A DNA stretch of 64,000 bases. It comes from Balanoglossus misakiensis. Its lineage: Eukaryota > Animalia > Hemichordata. The stretch lies in assembly GCA_040954595.2 (NCBI GenBank), contig CM082589.2, positions 5,577,186 to 5,641,185 on the forward strand. Direction: 5' to 3'. The notes beneath the pieces were generated by a model that made no database searches, had not been told where the DNA came from, and was given only the letters and a program-made list of their open reading frames with translations. Shown here piece after piece: positions 27,801 through 40,045 of the stretch; positions within the stretch are counted from its first letter, which is position 1, and the number at the start of each line of letters is the position of its first letter. The translations under genes and the position numbers were made by a program.

Positions 27801-30591
27801 TTTAAAAACCGTCAACTCATCACCACTCGACGAACTAAGTGGTGCATGTATAACTAACCATGTTAGAATTCTCACCATAAACGTACGGTGCATCCATTTT
27901 CAATATTGAAATATTACTTCTGCTTTTACTATAAAACAAAAATTGACACGCACGTACAGAGAGCGTCTCTGCAGTTCCGTGAGTTCTGGCCGTCCTGGCG
28001 TTGTTAAAACCTTCCGAAATGCGTTATACGTTAATAGCTAATAAAAAACCGACAAAGCCCGAAAAGTGCCTCTCGCTTTGATGAAAACCAACCCCGTGGG
28101 ACCGACGCAACGGCAATACATCATCGTAGACATATTTTGTCTGAAACCGAGACAAAGTGTGTATTTGATGGAAACTGTCAGTAATAATTTTGAGAAAATG
28201 AAAAAAAATTGTTTAAGCTTCACTGCCCAAGGTTAAAAGCCACACGGACCTTATCAGGCGAATTTGTTTAACATTCATATCATGTACACGTCTATAATTT
28301 CGATTGTAACGTCTGACACCATTCTCAATATACTATACTGTATTATAATTGCAGATTCTTATCAGGCGAATTTTAAAATATCATCGACCTGCGATTTATT
28401 TTTAATTAATAGAATGAAGTAGAATACGTGCTATGCAAACAACAAAGCGGACGGTTTTTTCTTGTGTCAGAATCTTTCGGTACAATTTACATCTCCCACG
28501 CCAGATGCGTGGTCATTTGCTTTCATTGTGCCTGACCCGTGACTCGTGGAGTACGCGAGATTAACTTGTTTTCAATGCCTTGTTTTTCCAAGCGACCCAG
28601 CGCTGTAAATACATTGTGATTCGGTTTTCAATTCGACGATAATCTCCATCGATCATATATTAGCATGCTCCGTTGTTCCGCATAGAATGCTGGGGTCGAT
28701 ATTTTGATTTTTTTGTTGTACAAGCCCCCATTGTCCATCGATTGTCCTGTCCGACTAATCAAACAAAGAAATACCGAAGTCGTGTGTAACTTCTTTTTTG
28801 AAGAGTGAAAAAAAGAAGACAGTTTCTCTTCTTCCGTTTCAGTAATGAAAGAACGCCATTCTTTCTCAGTGAGTTATTGATCTAGGGTCAGCAGGCGCGC
28901 GTGACAGATACAGGTCTGCGCATGACACTAGACGATTTCAAGACGCCAGTCGCTGGAACAGTACATTGGACGTCGCCAAGACACATTGTTGCTACAAGAC
29001 AAATGTGCAGAGAATACATAAACATTTTCTGTCTACTCCTAAATGGGTGATAATCCCTTACAACAAGAAAGATCCCTTCGTTTAATGGATAAATTTGCTG
29101 TCCCGCATTTAAACAGCTCGTATGAATGCCACAAGAAATTTTATGTAAATCATAATGTACACTTTATCATATATTGTTCGTCAACGTATGGAGTTTGGAA
29201 ACGTCTGGATTTTTAGCCCCATTTATTTTGCTATAGTCATTTGACAGCTGAGCTCTAAAATATGTTTTATCCGTTATTTAATCTTCCTGTTTGGGCAGAC
29301 GCCAAAAACGTATCTCAATATTTTCCTCATCAATCGCGATGGTTGTCACCTGAAAACTGTGAGGGCGCAATGTAGAGAAATTGAAATGGCGCCGCATCAC
29401 CACGCCACCAAGCTGGGCCAAAAGGTTGGAGGATTTGGATATTGAGATTAATCATTATCGCAAAGCAATGTCTCAAGCTTTACTGAATATCAAAATTACT
29501 TGTTTTCCCACTTGCCATTCCCTATCAGATACGCATCTAACACAACATTATGACCCCGCGAGGCCAGTTCGTGAGAACTGCCAGTGGAGTAATGTTTTGT
29601 CTCAACTCGGAGCTGTTTGGCCAAAACGCCAGGAAAATTTTGTCGCCGTCTCAATTTGTGACGGATCCTCGGCGAACTACCTGCTCAAAGGACGTCATAA
29701 ACGCTTCTCTGCGATAGTGTTCTCTTGCGCAACTGTAACATTCTCAAATCATGTCCTGCGGTTCACTGGTTATTACATGTACACGGAGACATGGTCATTG
29801 ATTCTGTTCGGGCGATATTCAAACGAAACGCAGGCCTGTCAATAAACGTTGCTCATTTAATATTAAGAGGCACATCGATTTGTGTTAGACATACATTTAC
29901 AGAAAATAACTGATTTCCTTTTCAATTCGGGGGCAAACATCTTAGACAAGACAAATTGTGATTTGCAGAAATTCTTTTTTATAAAACCGGGAAAAAACTC
30001 CAGGGTAACGTTCATCTCTACTTCAATGGCGCCATCATCGCCACAGCACGGTATAAGAGTTGCCTACAATGTGATTTTATTCACAATCTCCATGGCAACC
30101 GTCGCCTTTTAAGTGCAGATGCGGGTAAATATCCCCAGGTTGTTGAAAGAAATAGCGTTCTTCCCTGCTCATCACGTTATTAATCTGTATTAGAAAATGG
30201 CTTTTCAAAATGCGGTGTATTTAAGATAAGCCAAGTGCTCACGCTATACACTGACTATAGGCGGCGGAGGCAAGGCGTCTGGGCGGTATTATCAAGCAGA
30301 CAACGACGAGAGCAGAGCCGAGGGGACAGTTTTGTGACGACGAAATTTTAATCAAATAAGTGAATAAATTAGTTGCAAAAGAATGCAGAACAATGGCCTT
30401 TGTTGTCCCACACAAAGAGCGTGCGTTGCCTCAGCTGCAAATGGGATACCGATGCCATGTGTTCTGAAACCGTTGTAATGGTCACATGTCTAGTAAATGT
30501 CAATTTGTAATTTTGTTTTTCCCCCAAAATCGTGCACGAAACGAGAAAATAATAAAAACAAACATCTTGGTTTTTTTTCTTGTCTCTACAG

Positions 30592-30655
30592 GACGATCAG
30601 CTACCACCGTTACATTGCCACGTCGGATGACTACTTCAAGAATTCATTCCCCACG
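30592..30655 (+). CDS. FAXC: FAXC coding exon 3
   Basis: Strong polypyrimidine acceptor ttttttttcttgtctctacag|G completes the Trp codon from exon 2. Encodes TISYHRYIATSDDYFKNSFPT. Phase-0 donor ACG|GTAAGT. Confidence 0.88.
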
Positions 30656-31283
30656 GTAAGTCCAACACTCCCCTCTCGTGTCATCTTGGTTTCATTGGCT
30701 CGATGCGCGCACAGGGCAGCACCATGTTTTCCCTATTCATAATTTGCCTCACTAGTCGAAACGCACGCCTATCTTTCCTGACGGATAAATTATTATCCGT
30801 AGGCAACGTTTAGGGGCCGGGGAAAAATGAAATAATGCGGTCACCCGAACCCTCTTCTCGTATAATAGATTAATACACACAACAGACGAACAGACGACGG
30901 TTGAGTCATCATCTGTTCTATTGTCTAATGAGGTTTAATCCGAACCATTTTTTGAGGTTGCAGATAATCCCCTTAAAATGTCATTACTTTTATTGTGGTG
31001 ATGTTTTGCCTATTTAAACAGGCATAAAATTGATATATAACCGAAACCTAATAAGAAATTCGTTTCTTTTTTTTCTGTCGTAATTTCCTTGCTTTAACAG
31101 ATACGCAGTGTATATTATGATATAATGAAAAATAACTGCACAAATGTGAGTTATGTAATCGATTTTTAGAGATTAAACTACATGTAATGTAAAGGCTTTT
31201 TGCAACCTGGATTCCAATCGTTTTGCGTGCAGTTGACAGGCTGCAGATTATGTGATGTTAAATGCAGTCTTTGTACCTTGCAG

Positions 31284-31319
31284 CTCTTCCGACTTTTCTG
31301 TATTTCGGTCGGACCCAAG
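31284..31319 (+). CDS. FAXC: Candidate 36-nt symmetric micro-exon of FAXC (LFRLFCISVGPK)
   Basis: Acceptor ctttgtaccttgcag|, open phase 0-0 frame, donor AAG|GTTTCT (weak). Fits in frame between exon 3 and the next firm exon. Confidence 0.45.
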
Positions 31320-33564
31320 GTTTCTTTTACACTGAGATTGCGTCAATTCGTGTCGCGCGCAGCAAACCGAGTAGATTCTTGAATCTGTTGACTACAGTCT
31401 GTAATAAATGCAGCAGCACTTTTTTTTTTATCGCGGAGCTGTCGGGCTGTTCACCTCGGGTGTCCTTTTTCTCACCCTTGTCTGACCGACCGAAATGTGC
31501 CGCCTGTCACTATCTGCTCACATGTTCACCGATGTCGCATACATCATGTAAATTTACTCCGCGTTGGCAGCTCACTGCGAGTTTTTTTCTTCTTCCTGGC
31601 AAATTGCCAACACGAACAGCCGAAGCGACAAGACACGTCGCGACGGAAAATTGAAACTTCGCTAATTTAAAACATGTTTCCGGTATCATCGATGTGTTTC
31701 CATGGCAGCGGCTATCTTAAAAACCTAATCCAGGATTATAGAATAATTTAAAAAATATGATTAAGATGTTAATAGCCGTCTCAGTTATTGTTACGTGCTT
31801 GTAGCCCCTGACGTCACGTGGAACAAGAAAAGAAAACGGTCTTTTACATCACTTTGGGGCAAATGTGGTTTTAATACCTCAATTTGTACGAACAACTTCC
31901 ACCTGTACGATTTCTCTGTTTCGCCAGTCTCGTTTGCCGATTTTGAAATTTCAAGAATCACATCCTTAAAGATTATTCCCATTGCCGAAAATGAACTGCT
32001 GACGACTAAATTATTCATCAATTCTGTACCCGGATTTATCTCAGTGTTCCGTTACCACAGGTTTTTTTCCTTCCCGAATTTTAATCGTCTCGTATTTGAT
32101 ATCAATTGAAAACAAATATAACAATATAAATGTAAGGGATTTGTGTTTTATGGAAAAATCTCTTCTTTTCACTTCCCAATAATCATCTATCATTTTCAGC
32201 AAGGTCTGAGATAAATAAGCTTCGTAAATCTAAGAATAAATTCTCTCCTGACACCTGTCCGTCCGACGGAGCTACTTGTCGTTCCTTACAATTTGTGTCT
32301 GGCAGCATTTTGTCTACCTTTTTCTCTCCCCACCTGACCATACATAATTGCCCTCCTTTTCAAATGCTCGCTGACACGCGATAATTTCCCTCTGCGCATT
32401 CAATCGGCGTTCAATAAATTCGATTTAAACCGACCATCTGTATCGCATAGACTTCTCAACAATAGCAGGGATGATCAGACGCTGAAATTGACGCAAAAAG
32501 AGTCTGGGGGTCTTCAAACGGACGCTGCGAGGCAGTTCCCCCTGTTCAGTGCCTCGGCGAGATTATGTCGTCCGTCTGCGACGGAGCAGACCGCCGCGCC
32601 ACACCCACCGGCCACGAAGCAGCGATTACTCGCCACGTGATTCCATCGTGGTAAACTCTACAGCGAGATATGCAGAGCGTGCAATTACGTCAAGGCATAT
32701 ATATTCTATGATGGCTGTTTTCATAAATTATGCCCTTCTTTCTCCTTGAAACATGACTGGAATGACCGATTGAGAACCTTTGGATTATTTCGACGCTATG
32801 TCATTACGAATGCAGAAAGTGTTAATTATTCATGACATTTTGATGTACATGTACTTATTAGTTCCCCAGAAAGTCACCAAGCGCCCAGACAACCTAGAAA
32901 CCCCAATACGCGTTATTATGACGCTCAATTTGACAGCCTATTCAAATAGTATAAATTGAAATCGGATATTTGAGAAATTCTGACTGAACTCGACAAAGCC
33001 ACGTGACGTATTCGTTAAAACAGAGGTCAGACCTGCGCAATGAGTTATGATTTATTGAAAGAAATAATTTGTTTCGATGTTTGGGTACATTTAGAATACG
33101 CAAGAATACGTGACGAAAGATTTGCAGTCTAGCTACTTTCAAACAAGGTTACCGCTTCATCACGCCCATGCATTTTTTCCTTCGTTGGTGTCATTTTCGC
33201 AAATCAATATGTATGTTCTGTAAGGTTATACATGTACATACCCACGCCATTCCCATTGCCTTACAGGTTGCATAGATGTATTCCGGGCGAGGGCGCTCTA
33301 TTTCCAAGTATACGTTTTGGTGCTGCTACGTCCCCTGTGTTTGAATCAAATTAGGTGCAGCTTTTCAAGTTGTCGTCTGCAAATGTTCTGTAAAAGAGCA
33401 CAGTGCGTCATATAATATTGACGGTCAAATCATACCGTGAGAATATAATTTCGACGGATATTTGTCGCACGATACACGCAGGCCCACAAACTCTACCATT
33501 CATTTTGTTACACGGCTCAAAATCTCTCATCTCTGACCATCTTTTTTTTCACTCTTCCAACCAG

Positions 33565-33703
33565 GCATTCCGTTGGTTTTTGGTGAAAATGGTTCGTAAA
33601 AACATTCGAAACAATTTGCACGCCCACGGAATTGGTCGACACAGCAAAGAAGAAATCTACCGAATTGCGCAAGACGATCTGAGAGCCATCTCTAATTATC
33701 TAG
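33565..33703 (+). CDS. FAXC: FAXC penultimate coding exon
   Basis: Acceptor ttcactcttccaaccag|. Encodes AFRWFLVKMVRKNIRNNLHAHGIGRHSKEEIYRIAQDDLRAISNYL(G), with the FAX-family HGIGRHS.EEI...DL.ALS..LG motif. Phase-1 donor G|GTATAA. Confidence 0.95.
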
Positions 33704-33996
33704 GTATAAACCTTTAGATTGAAAGTTAATGCATGTGTATTAAAATGCAAATTAAGTTTTTTAATTGTTATACTGAAAAAGTCATAAATTCTTAGGCCTA
33801 AGTTTAGTCTGCATCGACCTTTGACCTAAACAACGCTTGATAATGAAAAATAAATACATTTTTCACTGACCAAACGTAGACTCATTCCGAAGAGTGAAAA
33901 TACATGAAGTTATTGAAAGGATTGTTTTATGATATAAGTAGATACAAACAAGATGAACTATCTCATCAAGATTTTTCTTTGCTTTCGTCGTTTTAG

Positions 33997-34445
33997 GAGA
34001 GAAGAACTTTTTCTTGGGCGACGAACCATCACTCATCGACGCCACGTTGTTCGGCCTGCTCGCTCAAGTGGTCTACGCCATGCCCAACTCCCCACACGAA
34101 AAGGCGGCCACCGAGGAATTCACCAACCTGAAGCCGTACTGCGACAGGATGAAGGAGAAATTCTACCCGGATTGGGAAGAGCTGCTGGCGAAGCCCAAGG
34201 AGAAGTCCAAGGGGGAGCCGGCCCCGGCGGAGGGCGAGGGCGAGAAGAAAGAGGAGGAGGGAGAGGAGACCAAGAAGGACGAAGAGGAGGACAAGGAGAA
34301 GGAGAAGGATAAGGAGGAAGATGACGGCGACAAGGCGGCGAACGGAGAAGCTGGCGGCGACAAAGGAGACGAGAACGCCGGAGACGACAAACCAGAAGGC
34401 GAGAGCGGAGACAAGGGCGGCGGGGAAGGCGAGGCTAAAGAATAA
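33997..34445 (+). CDS. FAXC: FAXC last coding exon (end of GST-C-like domain plus acidic tail)
   Basis: Acceptor ttcgtcgttttag|GA, phase 1. Encodes (G)EKNFFLGDEPSLIDATLFGLLAQVVYAMPNSPHE...NLKPYCDRMKEKFYPDW followed by an E/D/K/G-rich tail. TAA at 34443-34445. Protein is 336 aa (348 aa with the micro-exon). Confidence 0.95.
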
Positions 34446-34692
34446 AATCATCCCAAAACGAATTGCTTCAGTGTTTTTGCATAACAACAAAATGTCCGCC
34501 AAGAGGCTCTGAGCGCTCTGTACAGTCAAGTGTATATTCCGAAAACGATAGCGTTAGTAAATTATTTAGTGTCGCTTCAAAATGAAAAAAAATAACACAG
34601 AGAAAAATAATTCCAATCTGAATATTATTTTGTCTGTATTTAAAAATTAAACCCCCCAAATTAATAACTTAGGTACTGTTAGGTATGTAGGT

Positions 34693-34698
34693 AATAAA
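34693..34698 (+). promoter_or_regulatory. Candidate polyadenylation signal of FAXC
   Basis: AATAAA about 250 nt after the stop codon. Another AATAAA overlaps the stop at 34441-34446. Confidence 0.35.
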
Positions 34699-35350
34699 TG
34701 TTCTTAAAATTTTCATAAAAATCGTATTTACCAAAGAAATATGGCTATAGTGAATACTGTTGTTGAGCGGAGATCTCTCGGAGCCTCTAAGATGAGACAG
34801 TCTAACAGGATATTTGAAACTCGCATAATGGCCATGGAAAAAATAGGGAATATTTTATTTTTTGTGGGTGTTCGAACGATCCATTTGTTTTCCGCCATTT
34901 CTCATTCGGCGCCTGCGCGTCATTGGTTTCGTCACGGTTCTGAGAATATGCAGTCGTTAGCAACTGAAATGAATGTGAAAATATGTTCCAAACCAATGTA
35001 GTTAATTGGTCAGATGAAACAAAAAAAGAGAAATGTGGACAAACATAATTTTTTGCTGGATGGTTTTGGCGGGAAACAGGTATATGCAGGCGTCCTGTTT
35101 GTCTTAGATTTTGCTATCTGAAAGCAACTTTATACCTTTCGTACATCAAGAAGCGAGAACGCCTGCTCCGAAAATCTAAGACAAATGGCACCCCGGCATT
35201 ACAGTTCTGATTCAACAAATGGATTCTTCTGACCAAATTGTCAATATTATACAGAATTATTGAGAGTTGCGTGTTCCATATTGTACACGTGGTTGCGTGT
35301 GTGCGTGAGTGTAACCATGGTGATTTCGTAAACACTTGTGCTTCCCACCA

Positions 35351-35452
35351 CCTCGTCCCAAGGCCAGTTTATTGAATCATAACTACTTGTCCACCTTTCC
35401 TTGAGCGCCAAACTTGCCTATTTTGAATTTTAAAATGGTCCTTGGGACGAGG
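35351..35452. mobile_element. ~100-bp TIR element (MITE-like)
   Basis: 13-bp inverted repeat CCTCGTCCCAAGG / CCTTGGGACGAGG. No clear TSD. Confidence 0.55.
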
Positions 35453-37503
35453 ATATCGACGTCATCACTTCTTGCACGAAACCTCCAGTGGTGCTAGAAT
35501 TTGTCAAATGTCTTTGTGAAAAGTGTTTTCAAGCTCGAGTAGGAATGATCTGGGTTAAAAATGACCGCAAAGTTCTAGTTGGTTACACGTTTCCTTTCGG
35601 GCCGGGAATCGGTTGTCGGGAATGCAAGGGCGCCCTCCCGCGAGAACAACTTCGCCGATGTTTTCAAGTTGTCGCGTCGAAACACTGGCAGAAAATTTCT
35701 CAAATGTTCCGGAGAGCCGCCATCTTGTCCGAGGGAAATGCGTGACCCGTGTAATCTTTGCTGAAGGTTTTCGAAGTGACACTTTTGTAGGAAGACGACA
35801 TTGAGTGGTTATTGCCCGTAATTTTTCATTTCATGTAGAAATTGAACAGTAGCTGAGCTTGAGGTAGAAGTTACACCCAACCAGCCTCCATCGATGAAAT
35901 AGGAGTGGGTGAATTGAGCTGCTGTTCGTAAGCTCGACTCTCGCGCCCTTTTCTGAACATCTAATAAAAGCAACAGGACACCGTCCAAACCAATGAAATT
36001 AAATTTAAAAATTGCGAGATTACTTTTCAATATCAAGTTTATCGAAGGAGGCTGGTTTTTCTGGGAGAGCTGTTCTATTCAGGCGATTGTATCAAATATT
36101 GAATTTTCTTGTTCATTATGGACAATTATGCTTTAATCGCAATATGAACCACGAGACTGTCACCTGACTTGTTACTGTGGAGGCGAGTGCTCGTTTGACC
36201 GCCCCCAACGAGTTCTTTCGAAATGCTTTCCTTTGGGAGAGGTGAAATTGATTCCCTCCACAGATTCAGAATTGCAGCTTTCGGATCTCGGACGCTCGTG
36301 TTCATACAGTAGTCCACTTCATGTTTTTGTTCATTCGTTCTTTTTGTTTTTGTTAAAATCATTTTAAGAAGTTTATGAAGTTTATTTAGTTGTATTTATA
36401 TTTTTATATACTTATTTACGCATTTAAATTCGTCAGAAAGTTATTGTAGTAGATTTTTCGTAGCACTCATGTAAGAGAAATTTAGTACCGCCGGTTCTCG
36501 CGAGATGGGAGTTAGAAATATCAGGCCTCGCGAGATTTCGGCTGTAGCAGTAGTGGTAGGGCAGCGGAAAGTTACTTTGACGAGGCAAGGTGGATTCGGA
36601 CGATCATTCCAAAGCTATCAAAATAAGAGAGCCATTCTTGCTAGGTTAGATGTTGTAACAATGGGTATCCAAATAAGGTGTTGGAGATACGGGTTGCTTA
36701 GTGAACCATCCATTCAGCATCGGCGCTATTTCCATGGGAACTACCCGACGACGGGACTCATCTTTGAGGGTTGGCGGTCGCCATGGCAGCAACCCCAGGT
36801 CTCAAACTCACAGACAGAATCTTCGATTGTCTTTTTTTCTCTGGAATATCATAGCTATCGGAGGGGACAATTTTTGCACTACTTTGATGTTCGCACCTGT
36901 CACAGTGTTTGGGAGCAAAAACCGTCATTAATATCAATAAAGCCATGCTTTACTGTCATTTTGTAAGTGATGTCCGGGTCATAACGAATGTTGTTTCCTC
37001 TTTTCTTTTCTTTCTGCAAATATTGTGTCAACCTCAGAGACTAAGAACAATAAATGTTAATGTGGCGAAACATTTGTAGAGCCAATTTGTCATTGTTGTG
37101 TGTTTCTTTGTTTCGATTGAGCGTGACGAATGACGCGACCTGCTTGTAACCAGAGACTCTGGTTTGGCACATGCGCATAAGATGATCGTCGCTCTTTAAA
37201 GGTACACGGTCACCTGTACAAATCAAACCACTGTTACCAAGGAAAATTCAAATATAGCCAGGCAGAGATTTTCAGCGGGTGGCACATGCGAAAAAAGGGC
37301 GCCACCACATGGCCATTCGAATACTATGACACGTCCTGTGCATGGACAGAGACATGGACACCATTTTGACCATATATTGGCCTACGTAAATTAGCCGCTG
37401 ACTATGGATGAAGCGTAGCTTCATCCATAGATAAAGACGACAGTCATACTGCACTTAGGTATATAATGAATAGACACTCGCTCGATCCTTTCCTTGAGCA
37501 ATA

Positions 37504-37509
37504 TTTATT
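37504..37509 (-). promoter_or_regulatory. Candidate polyadenylation signal of the kinase gene
   Basis: AATAAA on the minus strand about 60 nt downstream of the stop codon. Confidence 0.5.
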
Positions 37510-37568
37510 TAATTATTTTCACAAAAAATGCTTTTAATATATACATCAAACTGCAGTATTCAGATTAT

Positions 37569-37985
37569 CTAATCAATCTCATTCTTGTATTCTGTGATAA
37601 ATCCGTCAAATTTTGGGATCAAGTCCTTGACACTGGGTCTCAACTGAGAAGTGTTGAAGCAAGGACGAAGGATTTGAAACAAAGTGTCACTGCCTATGCC
37701 ATCAATGCCTTCTGGACAGATATCATAACCCGCCTGCAGGGCAACCGGAAATGCCTCTTCAAATTCGTCATCGTCGTCCACTTCCGGCCAGGGTTTCCCG
37801 CCAGTGAAGAGCTCAACGACGGTGGCGGCCAGCGACCACACGTCCAGCGACGGCGCCAGAGCTTTGCACTGGAAGGCGACCGCTTCCGGTGCCATGTACT
37901 GCATGGTGCCAACGCACGTGTTGTGAGTGCTGCCTATGTGACCAGCACAGCCGAAGTCACACAGGACAGGTTTGCCATCGGTGAC
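37569..37985 (-). CDS. Protein kinase, last exon (subdomains VII-XI)
   Basis: Acceptor cctcctcaccaacag|. Encodes VTDGKPVLCDFGCAGHIGSTHNTCVGTMQYMAPEAVAFQCKALAPSLDVWSLAATVVELFTGGKPW...RPSVKDLIPKFDGFITEYKNEID*, with DFG, GTxxYMAPE, DVWS and RPS motifs. Confidence 0.93.
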   Translation of the reverse strand, partial: VTDGKPVLCDFGCAGHIGSTHNTCVGTMQYMAPEAVAFQCKALAPSLDVWSLAATVVELFTGGKPWPEVDDDDEFEEAFPVALQAGYDICPEGIDGIGSDTLFQILRPCFNTSQLRPSVKDLIPKFDGFITEYKNEID

Positions 37986-38182
37986 CTGTTGGTGAGGAGG
38001 TTGAAAAAAGTAGAGGCAAAATAAGTCTACAAGCTGATAGTTCGGTCACGGTTCCTCGACCGTGGTTGGCTCGATGTGTACATGTACACAACGCAAAATT
38101 TGCAGAACATATATTAGATGGGACGTAATGTATGTACACATGAAATTACACACATGCGCATACGACAATAGTCGGCCTTTAA

Positions 38183-38267
38183 CCCTTTCACCACCATGGT
38201 TCAGTCCAAACCCATTGTTTTCTATGGTAAGTTTGGACCTCTAAAGAGTGAACTGGGGGTGAAAGGG
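38183..38267. mobile_element. 85-bp piggyBac-like MITE, copy 2 (last intron of the kinase gene)
   Basis: TTAA|CCCTTTCACC...GGTGAAAGGG|TTAA with a perfect 10-bp TIR. Same length as copy 1. Confidence 0.9.
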
Positions 38268-38363
38268 TTAATACAATACACCCTTGAGTAGGTTATTTCA
38301 GTTACAGGCCACAGAAGGGACATTCTCCACATTCAAATGAAATAATAAGTTAAACCTACTTAC

Positions 38364-38474
38364 TAGGATATTATCTGGGTTCAGGTCATTATGCACAATG
38401 CTTAGCACCTCATGCAGGTGGTTTACAGCCTGGCATAGCTGGATGACGTAGTTGGTCTTTATGATGTAATCAAC
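38364..38474 (-). CDS. Protein kinase exon (subdomains VIa-VIb)
   Basis: Acceptor atcctccacag|. Encodes VDYIIKTNYVIQLCQAVNHLHEVLSIVHNDLNPDNIL. Donor |GTAAGT, phase 0-0. Confidence 0.92.
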
Positions 38475-38673
38475 CTGTGGAGGATAGCAGATTAAAAGAA
38501 AACGGCCATTAGAATATAGAAACAGTAAAAAACATGATTACAACATTTTAACTTGGTTTTATGTTACCAAATTGATACGTGAATATTTATAAGATGACTT
38601 GAAGATTGACTTTCGCATGATACTATTTATTTATTTATTTATCTAATGAGACATTTTATCACTGTCAACTCAC

Positions 38674-38812
38674 CTGATATTGTTCTTTATAGATGACGTC
38701 ACTCAGAGTTAATTGGTGACTGACATAATTTGTGAATACAGAGACGGTGTAAAGTTCGGTGGAGATTCCTAACAAGTGAATGAAGAAATCGCTGCCATCT
38801 CTGGCAATATCT
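38674..38812 (-). CDS. Protein kinase exon (subdomains IV-V)
   Basis: Acceptor ccttcctttcag|. Encodes (R)DIARDGSDFFIHLLGISTELYTVSVFTNYVSHQLTLSDVIYKEQYQ. Donor CAG|GTGAGT. Phase 2-0 matches both neighbours. Confidence 0.88.
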
Positions 38813-38909
38813 CTGAAAGGAAGGATGGAGAAAAATAGAATGAAAAACGACCATAGCTATTAAAGGTCTTTTTGTCATTGTCAAGCTGCAAACCTACGCG
38901 TGCAACACC

Positions 38910-39038
38910 TAGACTCTCTCACAGCCCACGGTTCGCTACAAGGCTCTTCACTGATGCGCCCTCAATTTTTTAGCAAAGGAGAAGCCCAATCAGTCCATAA
39001 GCCTGCATGGACGACGAGAGGGGCTGTGAGAGAGTCTA
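38910..39038. mobile_element. 129-bp non-autonomous TIR element in a kinase intron
   Basis: Perfect 18-bp TIR TAGACTCTCTCACAGCCC / GGGCTGTGAGAGAGTCTA, flanked by GTGCAACACC and GTGCAACCCC (10-bp TSD, 1 mismatch). Confidence 0.85.
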
Positions 39039-39167
39039 GTGCAACCCCCAGCCCTATCCAATGTTGATATACAAAATCAGGGAGACACTTCGTTGATTTG
39101 TGAGCTTTTCTGTCCTGCAGTCTTCAAACAATAAGGTACAGCATCTTTTGAGAACTGAGATCCTCAC

Positions 39168-39339
39168 CTCAGAATCTTCAATTCACTGTAGATATCTTCC
39201 GGGTCCACGTGACCACTCATTTGCATATGTTTGACGGCCAGTATCTTGTCATCTAGTTTGATTTTCGTCACTGAGGTGAATTCACCTTTGTAGATTTCAC
39301 TGATGGTATCCCAGCTGTTGGGCGAAACCATTTTTATAC
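39168..39339 (-). CDS. Protein kinase exon (subdomains I-III)
   Basis: Acceptor tttatttattcag|. Encodes (G)IKMVSPNSWDTISEIYKGEFTSVTKIKLDDKILAVKHMQMSGHVDPEDIYSELKIL(R), with the AVK lysine and alphaC glutamate. Donor AG|GTGAGG, phase 1-2. Confidence 0.9.
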
Positions 39340-39584
39340 CTGAATAAATAAACAAAATAATCAAAACCATAAGTTGCAGAGTACTTCATGAATTAATAAA
39401 CTCATCAATTAATAAATTCATCGAAAATTAAACGAACTTTTAAATTTCCCTGTAATCGATCGTTAAACAAAAAACCCTGCTAATATGCCCATCTCGCCAC
39501 TGGCATGATAAAAAATTCTTCCTAAATACCTGTGGTTGTTATGAATACCAAACCAAGCCATATGAAGAATATGCGATGTTCAAC

Positions 39585-39618
39585 GCTCCCGTGTCAAACC
39601 TGCTCCCGTGTCAAACCT
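39585..39618. repeat. 17-bp tandem duplication
   Basis: GCTCCCGTGTCAAACCT x2, in a kinase intron. Confidence 0.85.
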
Positions 39619-39644
39619 GCAAGTCACCAAACTTGAAAACTTAC

Positions 39645-39863
39645 CTGATGGAACCAGATCTTTGATCACATCGGCCTCATTGTCATGGTCGATGGCGTAG
39701 TTACTGTTCTCGTCAGTTTTCATCTTATCGTGTGGACGACGTAATTTCTGACTGAAAGTTGTCCACAGACCAGAACAAACATGGCGCCTGAACAAGACCG
39801 ATGCATTGGCCGAGACTTTCTTTACAACCTGAGTCCATTGACTCTCTGGCGCAATCGCTTGTA
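39645..39863 (-). CDS. Protein kinase gene, N-terminal non-catalytic exon
   Basis: Acceptor tgtctcttcctgcag|, donor CAG|GTAAGT, 219 nt, phase 1-1. Open frame QAIAPESQWTQVVKKVSANASVLFRRHVCSGLWTTFSQKLRRPHDKMKTDENSNYAIDHDNEADVIKDLVPS is in register with the kinase exons. Confidence 0.72.
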
Positions 39864-40045
39864 CTGCAGGAAGAGACAAAACAAGTTTGTGTCAAATTAT
39901 AGAATATATTACAATTCATGAAACAGAACAAAAAATCGATATTAAGTCAAACTTTCAACGCAAGAGAAGTTTCTGAGCAATCTCCGTAAGATCGGCAACA
40001 GGTCTTTCAAATAAAACCTAAGAAAACGTTAAAGTATGACGTCAC

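Noticed and set aside
34029-34529. 166-aa hydrophobic ORF on the minus strand, plus other overlapping frames
   Set aside because: Antisense or alternative-frame shadow of the purine-rich FAXC last exon.
37494-38024. 176-aa plus-strand ORF
   Set aside because: Antisense shadow of the kinase last exon.
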